A DNA stretch of 64,000 nucleotides from Cytobacillus sp. (GCF_032154635.1 NZ_JALDXW010000008.1:55568-119567), one strand, 5' to 3'; positions 1 to 9,761 are shown, numbered from the stretch's first letter. The notes: generated by a model not told the origin, from the sequence alone. Numbers and translations are program-made.

Positions 1-615
1 AATGATGGGACCTAGCGTTTCAGTAATGGACAAATCGACTTTAAAGGATTTTAGATCTCTGTTATTTACACCTATTAACTTTGCACGAGACTTTAGGGCT
101 ATTTCCATCTCCGCTTCATTATGAACTTCCATTAATACTTCAAGTCCCTGCTCCATAGCAAAATGCGAGAGCTCAAGCAATCTCGATTGTTCTAATGCTG
201 CCACTATTAATAGAATTAAATCCGCTCCAACCATTTTCGCCTTGCTAATTTGTACTTCATCGATAATAAAATCCTTGCAAAGAATCGGAACATCCACTGC
301 TTCTCTACCTGCAGCCAAATCTGAAAAGCTTCCCTTAAAGAAAGGAGTGTCAGTTAATATAGAAATGGCAGCTGCACCGAAATGAACATAATTAAGAGCT
401 TGATTTTGTACATTCATATTTACATTCATATCCCCTTTTGATGGGGATGCCCGTTTAAATTCAGCGATGATTGACAGATGCTCTTCTTTTTGAAGCCTTT
501 TTATAAATGATCTTTTTTTATGCTGAACTGGTATTTGAACACCTGTCATATTCTCTTTTAATTTCACAATCTGCTTTCTTTTTTCTGCCAAAATCGCATC
601 AAGAATCGATGTCAT
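1..615 (-). CDS. trpC: Indole-3-glycerol phosphate synthase TrpC, first 205 codons (3' end runs off the left window edge)
   Basis: Minus-strand ATG at 615..613 abuts the trpD stop (616..618). Translation MTSILDAILAEKRKQI...IIAEFKRASPSKG...ISILTD..FFKGS..PILCKDFIIDEVQI fits the IGPS family. Operon context is trpE-G-D-C. Confidence 0.9.
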   Translation of the reverse strand, partial: MTSILDAILAEKRKQIVKLKENMTGVQIPVQHKKRSFIKRLQKEEHLSIIAEFKRASPSKGDMNVNMNVQNQALNYVHFGAAAISILTDTPFFKGSFSDLAAGREAVDVPILCKDFIIDEVQISKAKMVGADLILLIVAALEQSRLLELSHFAMEQGLEVLMEVHNEAEMEIALKSRAKLIGVNNRDLKSFKVDLSITETLGPII

Positions 616-1641
616 TTATATCACCTTCTTTTGATAAGATCTGCTTGCGGTAATCAGCTGCTGCAATTTATTTAGAGCAGATCCTGAATCAATACTTTCT
701 CTTGCTAGTTCAATTCCCTTTTGAATTGTATCCGCCTTAGCAGCTGCGAAGATACCAAGCCCTGCATTGAGAAGAACGGTTTCCCTATACGGTCCTCTTT
801 CACTTTTTAGCACTCTAAGAAGAATATCCGCATTTTCACTTGGATCCCCTCCTCTGATCGAATCATTTGAGTAACAGGATAGCCCAAATTCTTCTGGGAC
901 TAAGACTTTTTCCTTGATGCATCCATTTTCTAGGATAGCTAAATAATTCTCTCCCTGTAGAGAAGCCTCATCCATATAGCCCGCTCCATTTATGACAACC
1001 GCCCGTTGTCTGCCAAGCATTTTTAATACTTCTGCGAAAAGCACAACCATATCACGCCGATAAATACCAAGCAGTTGTGTTTCTAATTCAACTGGGTTTG
1101 TCAATGGGCCAATTAAATTAAAAATGGTTGGAATTCGCAAATCTTTTCGCACTTTCATGATTCGCTTTAATTCAGGATGGACATGTGGCGCAAATAAAAA
1201 GGCAATCCCTACCTTTTCTAAAATTTCCTCAGTCGTCTCTGGCGAAAAATTTAAGTCGATGCCTATATGCTCCAGTACATCTGCACTACCTGTTTTACTG
1301 GAAATGCTTCTGTTTCCATGTTTAGCCACTGGTATTCCTGCACCAGCAATGACAAAGGCGGAGGTCGTACTAATATTAAAGCTCTTCACTCCATCTCCTC
1401 CCGTTCCACAATTATCCATAATACTCGGTATTCTCTTGTTAAACTTTAGTGCTCTCTTTCTTAAAGCTGCTGCAACCCCAGCAATCTCTGCTGCCGTTTC
1501 TCCTTTCATTTTCAGTCCGATTAAAAAAGCAGCAATTTCACTGTCGGTTATTTCATTTGAAAAGAGGCTCTCTGAAGCAATTTTTATTTCTTCTGAGGAT
1601 AAGGATTTCCCTTCAGATAGTTGCTGTAGAATTTCCTTCAT
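616..1641 (-). CDS. trpD: Anthranilate phosphoribosyltransferase
   Basis: GTGGDG and KHGNRS motifs. ATG at 1641 is preceded by GGGAGGGAG. The ORF-track start at 1659 is an upstream TTG. Overlaps the trpG 3' end. Confidence 0.9.
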   Translation of the reverse strand: MKEILQQLSEGKSLSSEEIKIASESLFSNEITDSEIAAFLIGLKMKGETAAEIAGVAAALRKRALKFNKRIPSIMDNCGTGGDGVKSFNISTTSAFVIAGAGIPVAKHGNRSISSKTGSADVLEHIGIDLNFSPETTEEILEKVGIAFLFAPHVHPELKRIMKVRKDLRIPTIFNLIGPLTNPVELETQLLGIYRRDMVVLFAEVLKMLGRQRAVVINGAGYMDEASLQGENYLAILENGCIKEKVLVPEEFGLSCYSNDSIRGGDPSENADILLRVLKSERGPYRETVLLNAGLGIFAAAKADTIQKGIELARESIDSGSALNKLQQLITASRSYQKKVI

Positions 1642-2224
1642 CCTTCTTCTCCCTCCCAATATGTTTTAAGAAATTTCCAATTATTTTTTTGCCTAGTACC
1701 GTGCCAATTGATTCCGGATGAAATTGCAGGCCAAAAACGGGATATTTCTCATGCCTTATCGCCATAATTTCATTGTCTTCCATTGATCTTGCAAGCACTT
1801 TAAAGCTTCCAGGCAGTGTATCTGAAACGATCACTAATGAGTGGTAGCGCATCACATCAATCGGCTGTGGCATGTATTGAAATAAAGATGAGCCAGTATG
1901 TTTGAGTTTTGATATTTTTCCATGCTTAATTTCCTTCGCCCGATCAATGCTTGCTCCAAATACATGCCCGATCGCTTGATGCCCAAGGCAAATCCCTAGA
2001 ATAGGTATTCTTTGGGAAAATACTTTAATTATATCCAGACAGATCCCTGCATTTTCGGGTCTTCCAGGCCCTGGAGAAAGGACAATAGCTTCGGGATTGA
2101 ATTCAATAATGTCGTCTATTGTAATTTTGTCATTTCGAACAACTAGCACATCTTCTCCTAATTCACCTAAATACTGATACAGGTTATAAGTAAACGAGTC
2201 GTAATTATCAATTAGTAGTATCAT
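1613..2224 (-). CDS. trpG: Anthranilate synthase component II / glutamine amidotransferase (TrpG/PabA type)
   Basis: MILLIDNYDSFTYNL start, GICLGHQ nucleophile elbow and FHPES motif. Overlaps the trpE stop by 17 nt. Confidence 0.9.
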   Translation of the reverse strand: MILLIDNYDSFTYNLYQYLGELGEDVLVVRNDKITIDDIIEFNPEAIVLSPGPGRPENAGICLDIIKVFSQRIPILGICLGHQAIGHVFGASIDRAKEIKHGKISKLKHTGSSLFQYMPQPIDVMRYHSLVIVSDTLPGSFKVLARSMEDNEIMAIRHEKYPVFGLQFHPESIGTVLGKKIIGNFLKHIGREKKDEGNSTATI

Positions 2225-3608
2225 ATTGATCCTCCAAAAAAGCCCTTAATTTATAAATTGTCTCCTCATATTCCTTCTCCGGGATAGAATCATAGACAAT
2301 TCCCGCTCCCGCTTGTATATAGGCATTGTCATCTTTAATGACCATTGTTCTAATGGCTAAAGCAAAATCTAAACTCCCGTTCGCAGAAAAATAACCAATC
2401 GCTCCCGCATAAAGTCCTCTTTTCACTTCTTCCAGTTCATTGATAATTTCCATGGCTCTGATTTTCGGTGCTCCAGAAACAGTTCCGGCTGGCAGACAGG
2501 AAGTCAATGCATCTATTGCTGAGAAGGATTTTTTTATTTTCCCGCTTATTTCAGATGCAAGGTGCATGACATGCTTGAATCGTTCAACCTTCATGTATGT
2601 CTCTATCTCTATCGAACCAAATTCACAAACACGTCCAAGATCATTTCTCCCAAGATCCACGAGCATGCGATGCTCAGCAAGTTCCTTCTCATCCCTAAGT
2701 AAATCTATTTCAAAATTTAGATCCTCACTATCCGTTTTCCCCCTTGGTTTCGTCCCTGCAATTGGATTAGCAGACACTTTGCTCTCATTCACTTTTATTA
2801 AACTTTCTGGCGACGAACCGGCAATTTGATAGGAGCCATAGTCGAGATAATACATATATGGAGATGGATTTTGCACCCGCAGCTTCCGATAGAAGGAGAA
2901 AGGGTCACCTTTTATTGCTGCTTGAAGCCGCTGGGAAAGAACTACTTGAAAAATATCACCTCTTTCAATGTACTCCTTCGCTTTTTTTACCTTCTCAACA
3001 AATTCTTCTTTTTTCATAGAGGGTATAAAAACAGATAATTCCGCTTGCTCTGTATCCTCACGTGCCGTTCCACAGATTATTTCATTTCTTCTCTTGGCAA
3101 GCTGAAGTTCGAGCTTTGATCTATCTGTCTCATTTGAAAGAGGTGTGGCTACTAAAAATACCTTCTGTTCAAAATGATCAAATACCACCACTTCTTCAAA
3201 AAACATAAGATGAACATCTGGAATACTCAATTCATCAATCGGGGATCGTCCAATTTGCTCATATTGTGCAATCGCATCATACCCAACATACCCAACCGCA
3301 CCGCCAAAAAATGGAAATCTATCATGCTGCACGGTCTTTTTCTCCGGCAACACAGCTTTCAAAACTTCTAGTGGTTTATCTTTTATCGTTTCCTCTCCTT
3401 TAGCAGTGATAACTATTGTTCGATTACCGACACCCTTTAACTCCATAACTGGATCAGCACCGATGAAGGAGTATCTCCCGGAATCTTCATGCTTTAAAGA
3501 GCTTTCCAATAAAAATTTTTTCTTGCCGCTGATTCGCTGATAAATTAAAATTGGCGTTAACAAATCCCCTTCTAATTCTTTTACTACTATTGGCTTTGTC
3601 ATTTCCAT
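2208..3608 (-). CDS. trpE: Anthranilate synthase component I
   Basis: Chorismate-binding family (LAEHRMLVDLGRND, GAGIVYDS). ATG at 3608 is preceded by AGGAGG. The 26 extra N-terminal codons in the ORF track lie in the leader. Confidence 0.9.
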   Translation of the reverse strand: MEMTKPIVVKELEGDLLTPILIYQRISGKKKFLLESSLKHEDSGRYSFIGADPVMELKGVGNRTIVITAKGEETIKDKPLEVLKAVLPEKKTVQHDRFPFFGGAVGYVGYDAIAQYEQIGRSPIDELSIPDVHLMFFEEVVVFDHFEQKVFLVATPLSNETDRSKLELQLAKRRNEIICGTAREDTEQAELSVFIPSMKKEEFVEKVKKAKEYIERGDIFQVVLSQRLQAAIKGDPFSFYRKLRVQNPSPYMYYLDYGSYQIAGSSPESLIKVNESKVSANPIAGTKPRGKTDSEDLNFEIDLLRDEKELAEHRMLVDLGRNDLGRVCEFGSIEIETYMKVERFKHVMHLASEISGKIKKSFSAIDALTSCLPAGTVSGAPKIRAMEIINELEEVKRGLYAGAIGYFSANGSLDFALAIRTMVIKDDNAYIQAGAGIVYDSIPEKEYEETIYKLRAFLEDQYDTTN

Positions 3609-3750
3609 GAAATTTCCTCCTAACATTTTCAAAATTACGTTCAAAAGAATCAGCATGATGACTAGTAGGCAAATGTCGGACGACATGCCTATCTTGTTCC
3701 TTACGCCACAAAGTCCTGCTCCGTACGCTGATCAACCATTTACTTAGTAA

Positions 3751-4065
3751 ACAAAAAAAGTCCTCTATACACACAAACTATTTGTGTGTATAGAGGACGA
3801 TTTGCTGATTCGCGGTGCCACCTCATATTCGGAGCAAAATTATACTCCCTCAATCAAGTACGGATAAAATGCTAGCTAAAACATTTCCATCGATACCCTA
3901 TCCCTTTAACGGTGGAATTCCGTGCCCCCCTACTGCCATTCAAGAAGCCTCTCGTAAGTCCATTCCAGTTGCTCTCCTCGTACCGGCTTACACCTCTCCC
4001 GGCTCTCTGTAACGATTCGAATCAATGTACTACTCTTACTCAGCGATTTCACTTATTAAGTTTTA
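3751..4065 (-). promoter_or_regulatory. T-box riboswitch unit 2 (trpE-proximal), tRNA-Trp specifier, with terminator
   Basis: Minus strand shows CAGAGAG and AGGUGUAA stem I motifs and UGG-A at + strand 3965..3967. The T-box sequence GAGGUGGCACCGCG (3811..3824) is followed by an 18-bp terminator stem (3760..3798) and a U-run (3751..3759). Confidence 0.8.
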
Positions 4066-4345
4066 AAAACACAAAAAGGGCTCCCCGTCATAAAAGGACG
4101 AGAAACCCGTGGTGCCACCTTCATTAGCTAAAAATTAGCTCACTTAACAAGCATCTAAAAAATATTTAAATGCCTGCCTCTTATAACGATGAGACTATTC
4201 GCCAAAGCCTACTTACTTTCACAAGGTTTCGGTTTGGGGCTCGGAAGTCCATTCACAAATACATCCACACTGATTTACACCAGCCATCAGCTCTCTTAAG
4301 TATCCGTATTTGTTACTCCTCTTCGTCAATGCCTTTAAATATATT
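4066..4345 (-). promoter_or_regulatory. T-box riboswitch unit 1 (promoter-proximal), tRNA-Trp specifier, with terminator
   Basis: Minus strand shows AGAGAG and CUGGUGUAA stem I motifs and UGG-A at + strand 4265..4267. T-box sequence AAGGUGGCACCACGG (4108..4120). Terminator arms at 4078..4089 and 4098..4109, followed by UUUUUUGUG. Confidence 0.8.
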
Positions 4346-4352
4346 GTCATTA

Positions 4353-4381
4353 ATATTATTAAAATTTATACGAAGTGTCAA
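4353..4381 (-). promoter_or_regulatory. SigmaA-type promoter of the trp leader
   Basis: Minus strand TTGACA (4381..4376), 17 nt spacer, TAATAT (4358..4353). Confidence 0.6.
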
Positions 4382-4400
4382 GAGTAATTTCAGAAATATT

Positions 4401-5039
4401 TCAACCCTTTAAAATCTTTAAAAATTTATCTCTCCATACTTCAGCGAGTTCCTCAACTTGTAAAAATTCTTTAATCGCATCGAAGTTTCTTCGATCATGA
4501 AACATTAATTGATTGCCTCTTAAAACTGAAAATTTCTCCTGTTTACGATCGATTAACGAAAGCTGTGAGCCATGAGTTACGAGTCCTTCTTGCAGTACTC
4601 GAAAGAAATAACCAGTATAACCCGTTTCAACCATTCGCCCAAGCAATGAATCTACCCGATTATGCTTTGAAATTGTAGAACAAGGAATCCGGCCTTGGGA
4701 AACCTGGATAATCGCGTCTCCTACGGAGAATGTGTCTCCAATATAAATCTCTTCTTCAAGCATATTCTTTACACAAATATTCTCACCAAATGCCGGTCTG
4801 CGAAATGTCAGGTTAAATTCCTTTTCCCATTGTAGATAATGTTCATACGGATAGAGACATACCGCTCTTTCGGGTCCGCCATGAAATTCACGATTGGCTA
4901 CATAATCTCCTTTAAAACCATTTTTCGTCAATTGTACTTCTTCTATTCCTTTTTTTTCAATGGCAGAATTTTCTGTCTTCCCTCTCCAAACATGTAAATT
5001 CGGTCTGCCAACATTTAATGATAATAATTTCCTTTCCAT
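4401..5039 (-). CDS. MOSC domain protein (YiiM/YflK-like)
   Basis: MERKLLSLNVGRP...FHGGPERAVCLY...GENI...G..I.VSQGRIPC pattern typical of MOSC/YiiM proteins. ATG at 5039 is preceded by AGAGGTG. Confidence 0.75.
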   Translation of the reverse strand: MERKLLSLNVGRPNLHVWRGKTENSAIEKKGIEEVQLTKNGFKGDYVANREFHGGPERAVCLYPYEHYLQWEKEFNLTFRRPAFGENICVKNMLEEEIYIGDTFSVGDAIIQVSQGRIPCSTISKHNRVDSLLGRMVETGYTGYFFRVLQEGLVTHGSQLSLIDRKQEKFSVLRGNQLMFHDRRNFDAIKEFLQVEELAEVWRDKFLKILKG

Positions 5040-5197
5040 TAAGATCACCTCTTTTTCCACACATTTTATCCTTTTCTTCCGTTAAAAGCGAGACATTAAT
5101 TTCCATTTTAACACTTACCAAAAAATGTGTCTTTTACTTTTATGAAAGTAACCAATATTAATAGTAGGTTGATTATGTTCAAGGGAAGGAATCGCAA

Positions 5198-6454
5198 ATG
5201 GAGCATGTTGAAAAGTTGCAGAGAAATGGAAAGAATTCAAAAAATGGGAAGAACGGAGGCGATGTTCCCAATAAAAAGGGAGCAATCCTGGCACTTGCAT
5301 CAATCCCGCTAGTAATGACACTTGGAAATTCCATGCTTATTCCTGTTTTGCCAGCAATGGAGAAGCAATTACACATATCATCATTTCAAACAAGCTTAAT
5401 TTTAACTGTTTATTCGATCGTTGCGATCCTTCTAATCCCTGTCGCTGGAATTATTTCTGACCATATTGGCAGAAAAAAGGTGATTGTTCCTAGCCTTCTT
5501 GTAGCAGGAATTGGGGGGCTTATTTCTGGCTGGGCAGCTTGGAAAATGAATGATGCTTACTGGCTGATATTAGTTGGGCGAGCAATACAAGGAATTGGGG
5601 CTGCAGGTGCCGCTCCTATTGTTATGCCTTTAGTTGGGGATATGTTTAAAAATGAAGATGAAATGAGTACATCCCTTGGAATTATTGAAACAGCGAATAC
5701 ATTTGGAAAGGTATTAAGTCCAATACTTGGATCATTGTTAGCTGGATTTATTTGGTTCTTGCCATTCTTTTCATTCCCAGCTTTTTGTTTGATTTCAATT
5801 ATACTAATGATCTTCCTAGTAAAAACAGCAAGTATGGAATTCGAACCAGTCCCTTTCAAACAATTTTTTGCTAACATTAAGGAGACATTTAAAAATAATG
5901 GAAGATGGCTATATGCTATTTTTATTATTGGTGCCATCTTGATGTTTGTTCTTTTTGGTGTACTGTTTTATTTGTCAGATATATTAGAGAAAACGTACGA
6001 TATCAAACATGTGAAAAAGGGTTTTTTCCTTGCTATCCCGCTTGGTGCTTTATGCACAGCATCTTTTATAACAGGAAAGTTAATCAAGGAAAATAAAATA
6101 TTTATGAAATGGCTTATTTTTGGCGGCTCCGTGCTTACTGCCATTTCAATAGCCATTCTTAGTTTTTCAAATAGTTTGTGGTACATGATTATCCTTTTTC
6201 TTTTCGGAGGAGTAGGGATCGGAATTTGCCTTCCATGCCTAGATACATTAATTACTGAAGGAATTGATAAACAGGAACGAGGGACGATTACCTCTATTTA
6301 TAGCTCAATGAGATTTGTGGGGGTAGCGGCTGGCCCTCCTGCAATCGCGGTCTTGATGAAGCATGCAGAAAAATCGCTATTTTATATTTTGAGCATACTA
6401 GCACTTGTGGCAGCAATTGCTACATTTAAAGCAATTAAACCAGATAAAGAATAA
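5198..6454 (+). CDS. MFS transporter (drug/siderophore-exporter-like), 418 aa
   Basis: Polytopic (about 12 TM) with the MFS loop motif GIISDHIGRKKV. SD AAGGGAAGGA lies upstream. Substrate not inferable. Confidence 0.8.
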   Translation: MEHVEKLQRNGKNSKNGKNGGDVPNKKGAILALASIPLVMTLGNSMLIPVLPAMEKQLHISSFQTSLILTVYSIVAILLIPVAGIISDHIGRKKVIVPSLLVAGIGGLISGWAAWKMNDAYWLILVGRAIQGIGAAGAAPIVMPLVGDMFKNEDEMSTSLGIIETANTFGKVLSPILGSLLAGFIWFLPFFSFPAFCLISIILMIFLVKTASMEFEPVPFKQFFANIKETFKNNGRWLYAIFIIGAILMFVLFGVLFYLSDILEKTYDIKHVKKGFFLAIPLGALCTASFITGKLIKENKIFMKWLIFGGSVLTAISIAILSFSNSLWYMIILFLFGGVGIGICLPCLDTLITEGIDKQERGTITSIYSSMRFVGVAAGPPAIAVLMKHAEKSLFYILSILALVAAIATFKAIKPDKE

Positions 6455-6492
6455 CCGCAGTAGGAAGACTATTGCGGTTATATTTGTTTTTT
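6453..6492 (+). terminator. Intrinsic terminator after the MFS gene
   Basis: Stem AACCGCA/TGCGGTT (6453..6459 and 6473..6479) followed by a T-rich run. Confidence 0.6.
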
Positions 6493-7288
6493 ATTCCTTT
6501 AATCTTGGCTTTCCTGGATCACAGCTTGGTGCTTCCAATTGTGTTGATTCTGCCAACTTCATTAAATAATAGCATTCTTCTCTATACATATGATCAGCCA
6601 TTAATGGAGCAAATGTACCTAATGCTTCTTTGCTTAGCTCCAGCTCTTCAATTTCATTAAGGAAATTCATAAATAATTTAATTTCCGCTGAGACTTTATT
6701 ATTAAAGCGGTCAAGTGCTGGAAAAGAGGTTATGCCAGTACGAAGGAATCCTGCCATTTCTATAGCTTTAAGATAAAAAGCCTCAAACTCTTTTGTATAG
6801 CCATCACTAACCTTTTTTATTTTCTTCTCTACTCTATCTATATTATCGGAGATCGCTCCCGAATGACCAGCCGCATCTAATAACCAGACTAAGTGATGGT
6901 GTAATTCATGAAAGACTGGTGGCACCTCTCCTTTTTTCAAATACTTTAATAGTAATACGTATTCTTCTAATTCATTTGCCATATGATTAAGAAAGGTTGG
7001 ACCAAGGTGGATAGTAACTTTCCCCACAAGATGCCTCTCTATAATATTCAATTTATATTCTCTAAGTTTTAATGCTTCCTCTTCTGCCTTAACACTAAGC
7101 TCAATTAAATCATCTACTTCAACCCTGCCTAGTAGCTGATCGAATGTTTGGATAAAATAATTTGCTGTATCAATAAGCGCTGTTTCATGAGGTGCTAAAG
7201 AATCATGCAAAAATCGGGCATGATCACCAAGGACTTGAAGCCAAAACCTATGTTCAAATTTAGCAGCTTGTTTATAGCTATCAGCCAA
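6491..7288 (-). CDS. DUF2935-like helical protein, 265 aa
   Basis: FEHRFWLQVLGDHARFLHDSL and a second HH-rich repeat (FHELHHHLVWLLDAAGH). Family name recalled from memory, not searched. Confidence 0.6.
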   Translation of the reverse strand: MADSYKQAAKFEHRFWLQVLGDHARFLHDSLAPHETALIDTANYFIQTFDQLLGRVEVDDLIELSVKAEEEALKLREYKLNIIERHLVGKVTIHLGPTFLNHMANELEEYVLLLKYLKKGEVPPVFHELHHHLVWLLDAAGHSGAISDNIDRVEKKIKKVSDGYTKEFEAFYLKAIEMAGFLRTGITSFPALDRFNNKVSAEIKLFMNFLNEIEELELSKEALGTFAPLMADHMYREECYYLMKLAESTQLEAPSCDPGKPRLKE

Positions 7289-7416
7289 CTTTCACTCCCC
7301 CTTTTTAAATCTACTCATAACAGCTTATCGTTTTTTTTATTTTTTATGACATGAATCTAAAACGCACTGCAGCAGTACAAAAAACCGGCATCACAATAGA
7401 TGCCGGAAACTCTTAT

Positions 7417-8436
7417 TTAAAAATTATAGGCTGATAGCTTTTCATTTAGTACGTCCATTTCATAGCCATGAGACTGTAAATACTTTAATAGATCTGGCAA
7501 ATGCTCGGCTGTTGATTTGCGATCATGGAGCAGAATAACAATCGGGCTGCTCTTATATCGATAATTCTCCATCTGTTGAATGACATCTCCGACAAACTCA
7601 CCATTTTTATACTTCCAATCGTGGCTGTCTATTGTCCAATCCCATAATTGAAATCCCGCAGCTTGAACAGCTTCTTTATAAGATGGCTTCATATATGGAG
7701 CAGATCCGTATGGTGTACGAATTAAATGCGTTAACTCTCCAGTAAGGTTTAACAAAGTTTCCTGTCCTTGATTCATTTCATCAACTACCGTTTGTTCCGA
7801 ACGGTATATTTTTGAAACGTCATGGGATACTCCATGAAGAGCTGGGACATGCCCTTCATTAATGATTTGATTTAATTCATCTGGATATTTCTTCATATTT
7901 GGTTCAAGCATAAAAAATGTGGCCTTCATGCCAAATGAATGGAGGGTTTCTAAAATACTAGTCGTATAGGCTGACGGTCCATCATCAAAGGTGAGATAAA
8001 CTTTATGAAGGTTTACATCCTGATTAGCATGCTCCTTTGTCTTCCCTTCATTGCTAGCATTCTCTGACTCTACCTGATTATTATTCTCTTCTTTTTCATT
8101 GGTAACAACTTCTTCTTTGTCATTTTTGTTCGGAACATTATCTTCCTGAGTTCCTTTGTCTTGTTCACTTACTGTCTCTTTTTGCTTCAATTGAAGCAAG
8201 CGGTAATAATGATACATGGAGCCGTTCATTTCATCAACTTGGTTAAAATTCCTCTTAGACATTAAAGAGTACATCATATTAATTGGCTGTTTGAAACTGG
8301 ATACAGCCAATGCTTCATTGTTGCTTCCTGGTTGAAAAATCATTGCTACTAAAGCTATACATACTAAAGCCGAAATGATTACTTTTTCCTTAGTCTTAAT
8401 TAATTTTCTACTTCTTCCTGCCCTTGTTCTTCTCAC
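7417..8436 (-). CDS. Membrane-anchored polysaccharide deacetylase (NodB homology domain)
   Basis: N-terminal TM segment, N/E/K-rich linker, TFDDGPS and LHGVSHD motifs. Confidence 0.85.
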   Translation of the reverse strand: MRRTRAGRSRKLIKTKEKVIISALVCIALVAMIFQPGSNNEALAVSSFKQPINMMYSLMSKRNFNQVDEMNGSMYHYYRLLQLKQKETVSEQDKGTQEDNVPNKNDKEEVVTNEKEENNNQVESENASNEGKTKEHANQDVNLHKVYLTFDDGPSAYTTSILETLHSFGMKATFFMLEPNMKKYPDELNQIINEGHVPALHGVSHDVSKIYRSEQTVVDEMNQGQETLLNLTGELTHLIRTPYGSAPYMKPSYKEAVQAAGFQLWDWTIDSHDWKYKNGEFVGDVIQQMENYRYKSSPIVILLHDRKSTAEHLPDLLKYLQSHGYEMDVLNEKLSAYNF

Positions 8437-8856
8437 GAAAATTCACCTTTCCATTTCTTGTTAATCTTAGAAGCAATCATACACAATAAAGACATCTTTA
8501 CTGTCAACCAGGTTGTTTTTTAAAATTCCTTGTTGATTATCACTCCTTCTCATTTTAGATGACTTATTTAATTTTTGTTTTTTGTGTAGTTATAAATTAG
8601 ACGTTACATTTGTAAAAAAAGTTGTCATATTTCTATGTTATTTTACAAAACTATTAAAATTTCGCTACAAATCTACTCTATTAACTCTACATAATATTTA
8701 CAGCGTTTTCAATTCCTTATGGCAAATTGGGGTGATTTTTTTCACAGTTTTTTTGATGCTATGAATGGAATAAGATAAGAAGTAGTGGGGATGCTAGAGG
8801 ATTAATCTAACAAAGTGCAAGAATTATGTAAAAATTATGAAATTAACATAAAGTCG

Positions 8857-8885
8857 TTGCTAATTAATAGTTTGTATGCTAGAAT
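8857..8885 (+). promoter_or_regulatory. Orphan sigmaA-type promoter with extended -10
   Basis: TTGCTA (8857..8862), 17 nt spacer, TGC-TAGAAT (-10 at 8880..8885). No protein gene lies downstream on this strand. Confidence 0.5.
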
Positions 8886-8891
8886 CACATT

Positions 8892-9010
8892 TAACGACAT
8901 ATAGTATATATATTACACTTCATATACTATATGTCGTTTTATTTCACGAATTTCACTCGATCTATAGTCTCTTTTTTCTTATCCGCTTCATTAAGAAGCG
9001 GACTTTTTTG
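8892..9010 (+). ncRNA. Candidate small RNA of about 120 nt (promoter, 5' perfect hairpin, intrinsic terminator)
   Basis: Perfect 17-bp stem AACGACATATAGTATAT / ATATACTATATGTCGTT (8893..8909 and 8922..8938) starts at the predicted TSS. A second hairpin TCCGCTTC/GAAGCGGA plus CTTTTTTG lies at 8982..9010. Confidence 0.3.
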
Positions 9011-9164
9011 AATTTATAATTTGCGACCATAAAATCTTTGACTATTCACGAGTTAAAAAATAATGACTCATTGATTATTTGAATTGAAGACATTTTTACA
9101 CTGTTCAATTCGACAATGTTATCGGATAAAGACAACAGTGAACCAACATGGATCATTCATCTGT

Positions 9165-9761
9165 TTATTTAAATATACTCAGTTCATTTGCCTTCACACT
9201 TAGTCTATCAACCATTTTTCTAAATTTCGTCCGATTGTCTGGCTGCAATGCGATACCGCAGCTTTTAGCAATCGTTTCTACAACTTCTCCAATTGACATT
9301 GTATCGGTATGGATGTGTTTTTTGAACAGATCCGCTGATAAACTACTCATCCGCTTTTCCATTTGTTGATAAGCCCATGAATTTTTACCTTCTAGCCTTT
9401 TTTTCAGTCGTTTTTGTATTGTAGATTTTGAAGCTGCAAGTGTAAAATGTTTCACTTCTACATTATTCTTTTTGAGCTTTCCCACAATTTCCTGGAAATA
9501 CGTTTCATTTGTTAGTGTCATTGGTACGATAATAATTCCATTAAATTCATCAGACAATTGCTTGAGTAAAGTATAATTTGCCTCACGCCATAAAGGATAG
9601 TCCTGAAAATCATCTTTTGCTATATTTTTCGGTACATTCCTCATAAATACATACCCAAATCTCTCTGGATCATACACAAATGAATTCTCAACTCTCCCAT
9701 GCAATTCATAAGCAGTTGTTGTTTTTCCTGAACCAAAAGTGCCATTAATCCAAATAATCAT
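9165..9761 (-). CDS. tmrB: TmrB-like ATP-binding protein (tunicamycin-resistance family)
   Basis: MIIWINGTFGSGKTTTAYEL Walker A N-terminus, and collinear with B. subtilis TmrB as I recall it. ATG at 9761 is preceded by AAAGGAA. Confidence 0.7.
   Translation of the reverse strand: MIIWINGTFGSGKTTTAYELHGRVENSFVYDPERFGYVFMRNVPKNIAKDDFQDYPLWREANYTLLKQLSDEFNGIIIVPMTLTNETYFQEIVGKLKKNNVEVKHFTLAASKSTIQKRLKKRLEGKNSWAYQQMEKRMSSLSADLFKKHIHTDTMSIGEVVETIAKSCGIALQPDNRTKFRKMVDRLSVKANELSIFK

Noticed and set aside
1124-1721. ORFs of 60-181 aa on the + strand overlapping trpD and trpG
   Set aside because: They are antisense to strongly supported genes, have no SD, and show low-complexity composition typical of the reverse frame of AT-rich coding DNA. 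The same reasoning applies to the other short ORFs in the track antisense to trpE, the MFS gene, splB, uvsE, the MCPs, the SLC13-like gene, nrdE, OppA and cshA.
3487-4412. ORFs of 65-95 aa across the trp leader
   Set aside because: The region is fully explained by the promoter and two T-box units with terminators. The ORFs lack an SD and cross terminator stems.
8897-8924. dif-like sequence (TAGTATATATATTA resembles the left arm and centre of the Firmicute dif site)
   Set aside because: The right arm (TTACACTTCAT) does not match the conserved XerD arm TTATGTAAACT. The similarity comes from the AT-rich palindrome.
8931-9011. 26-codon hydrophobic ORF (MSFYFTNFTRSIVSFFLSASLRSGLF) inside the candidate sRNA, a possible type I toxin
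   Set aside because: It has no SD and no charged tail typical of type I toxins. I cannot distinguish it from chance in T-rich sequence. It is kept only as a note under the sRNA candidate.
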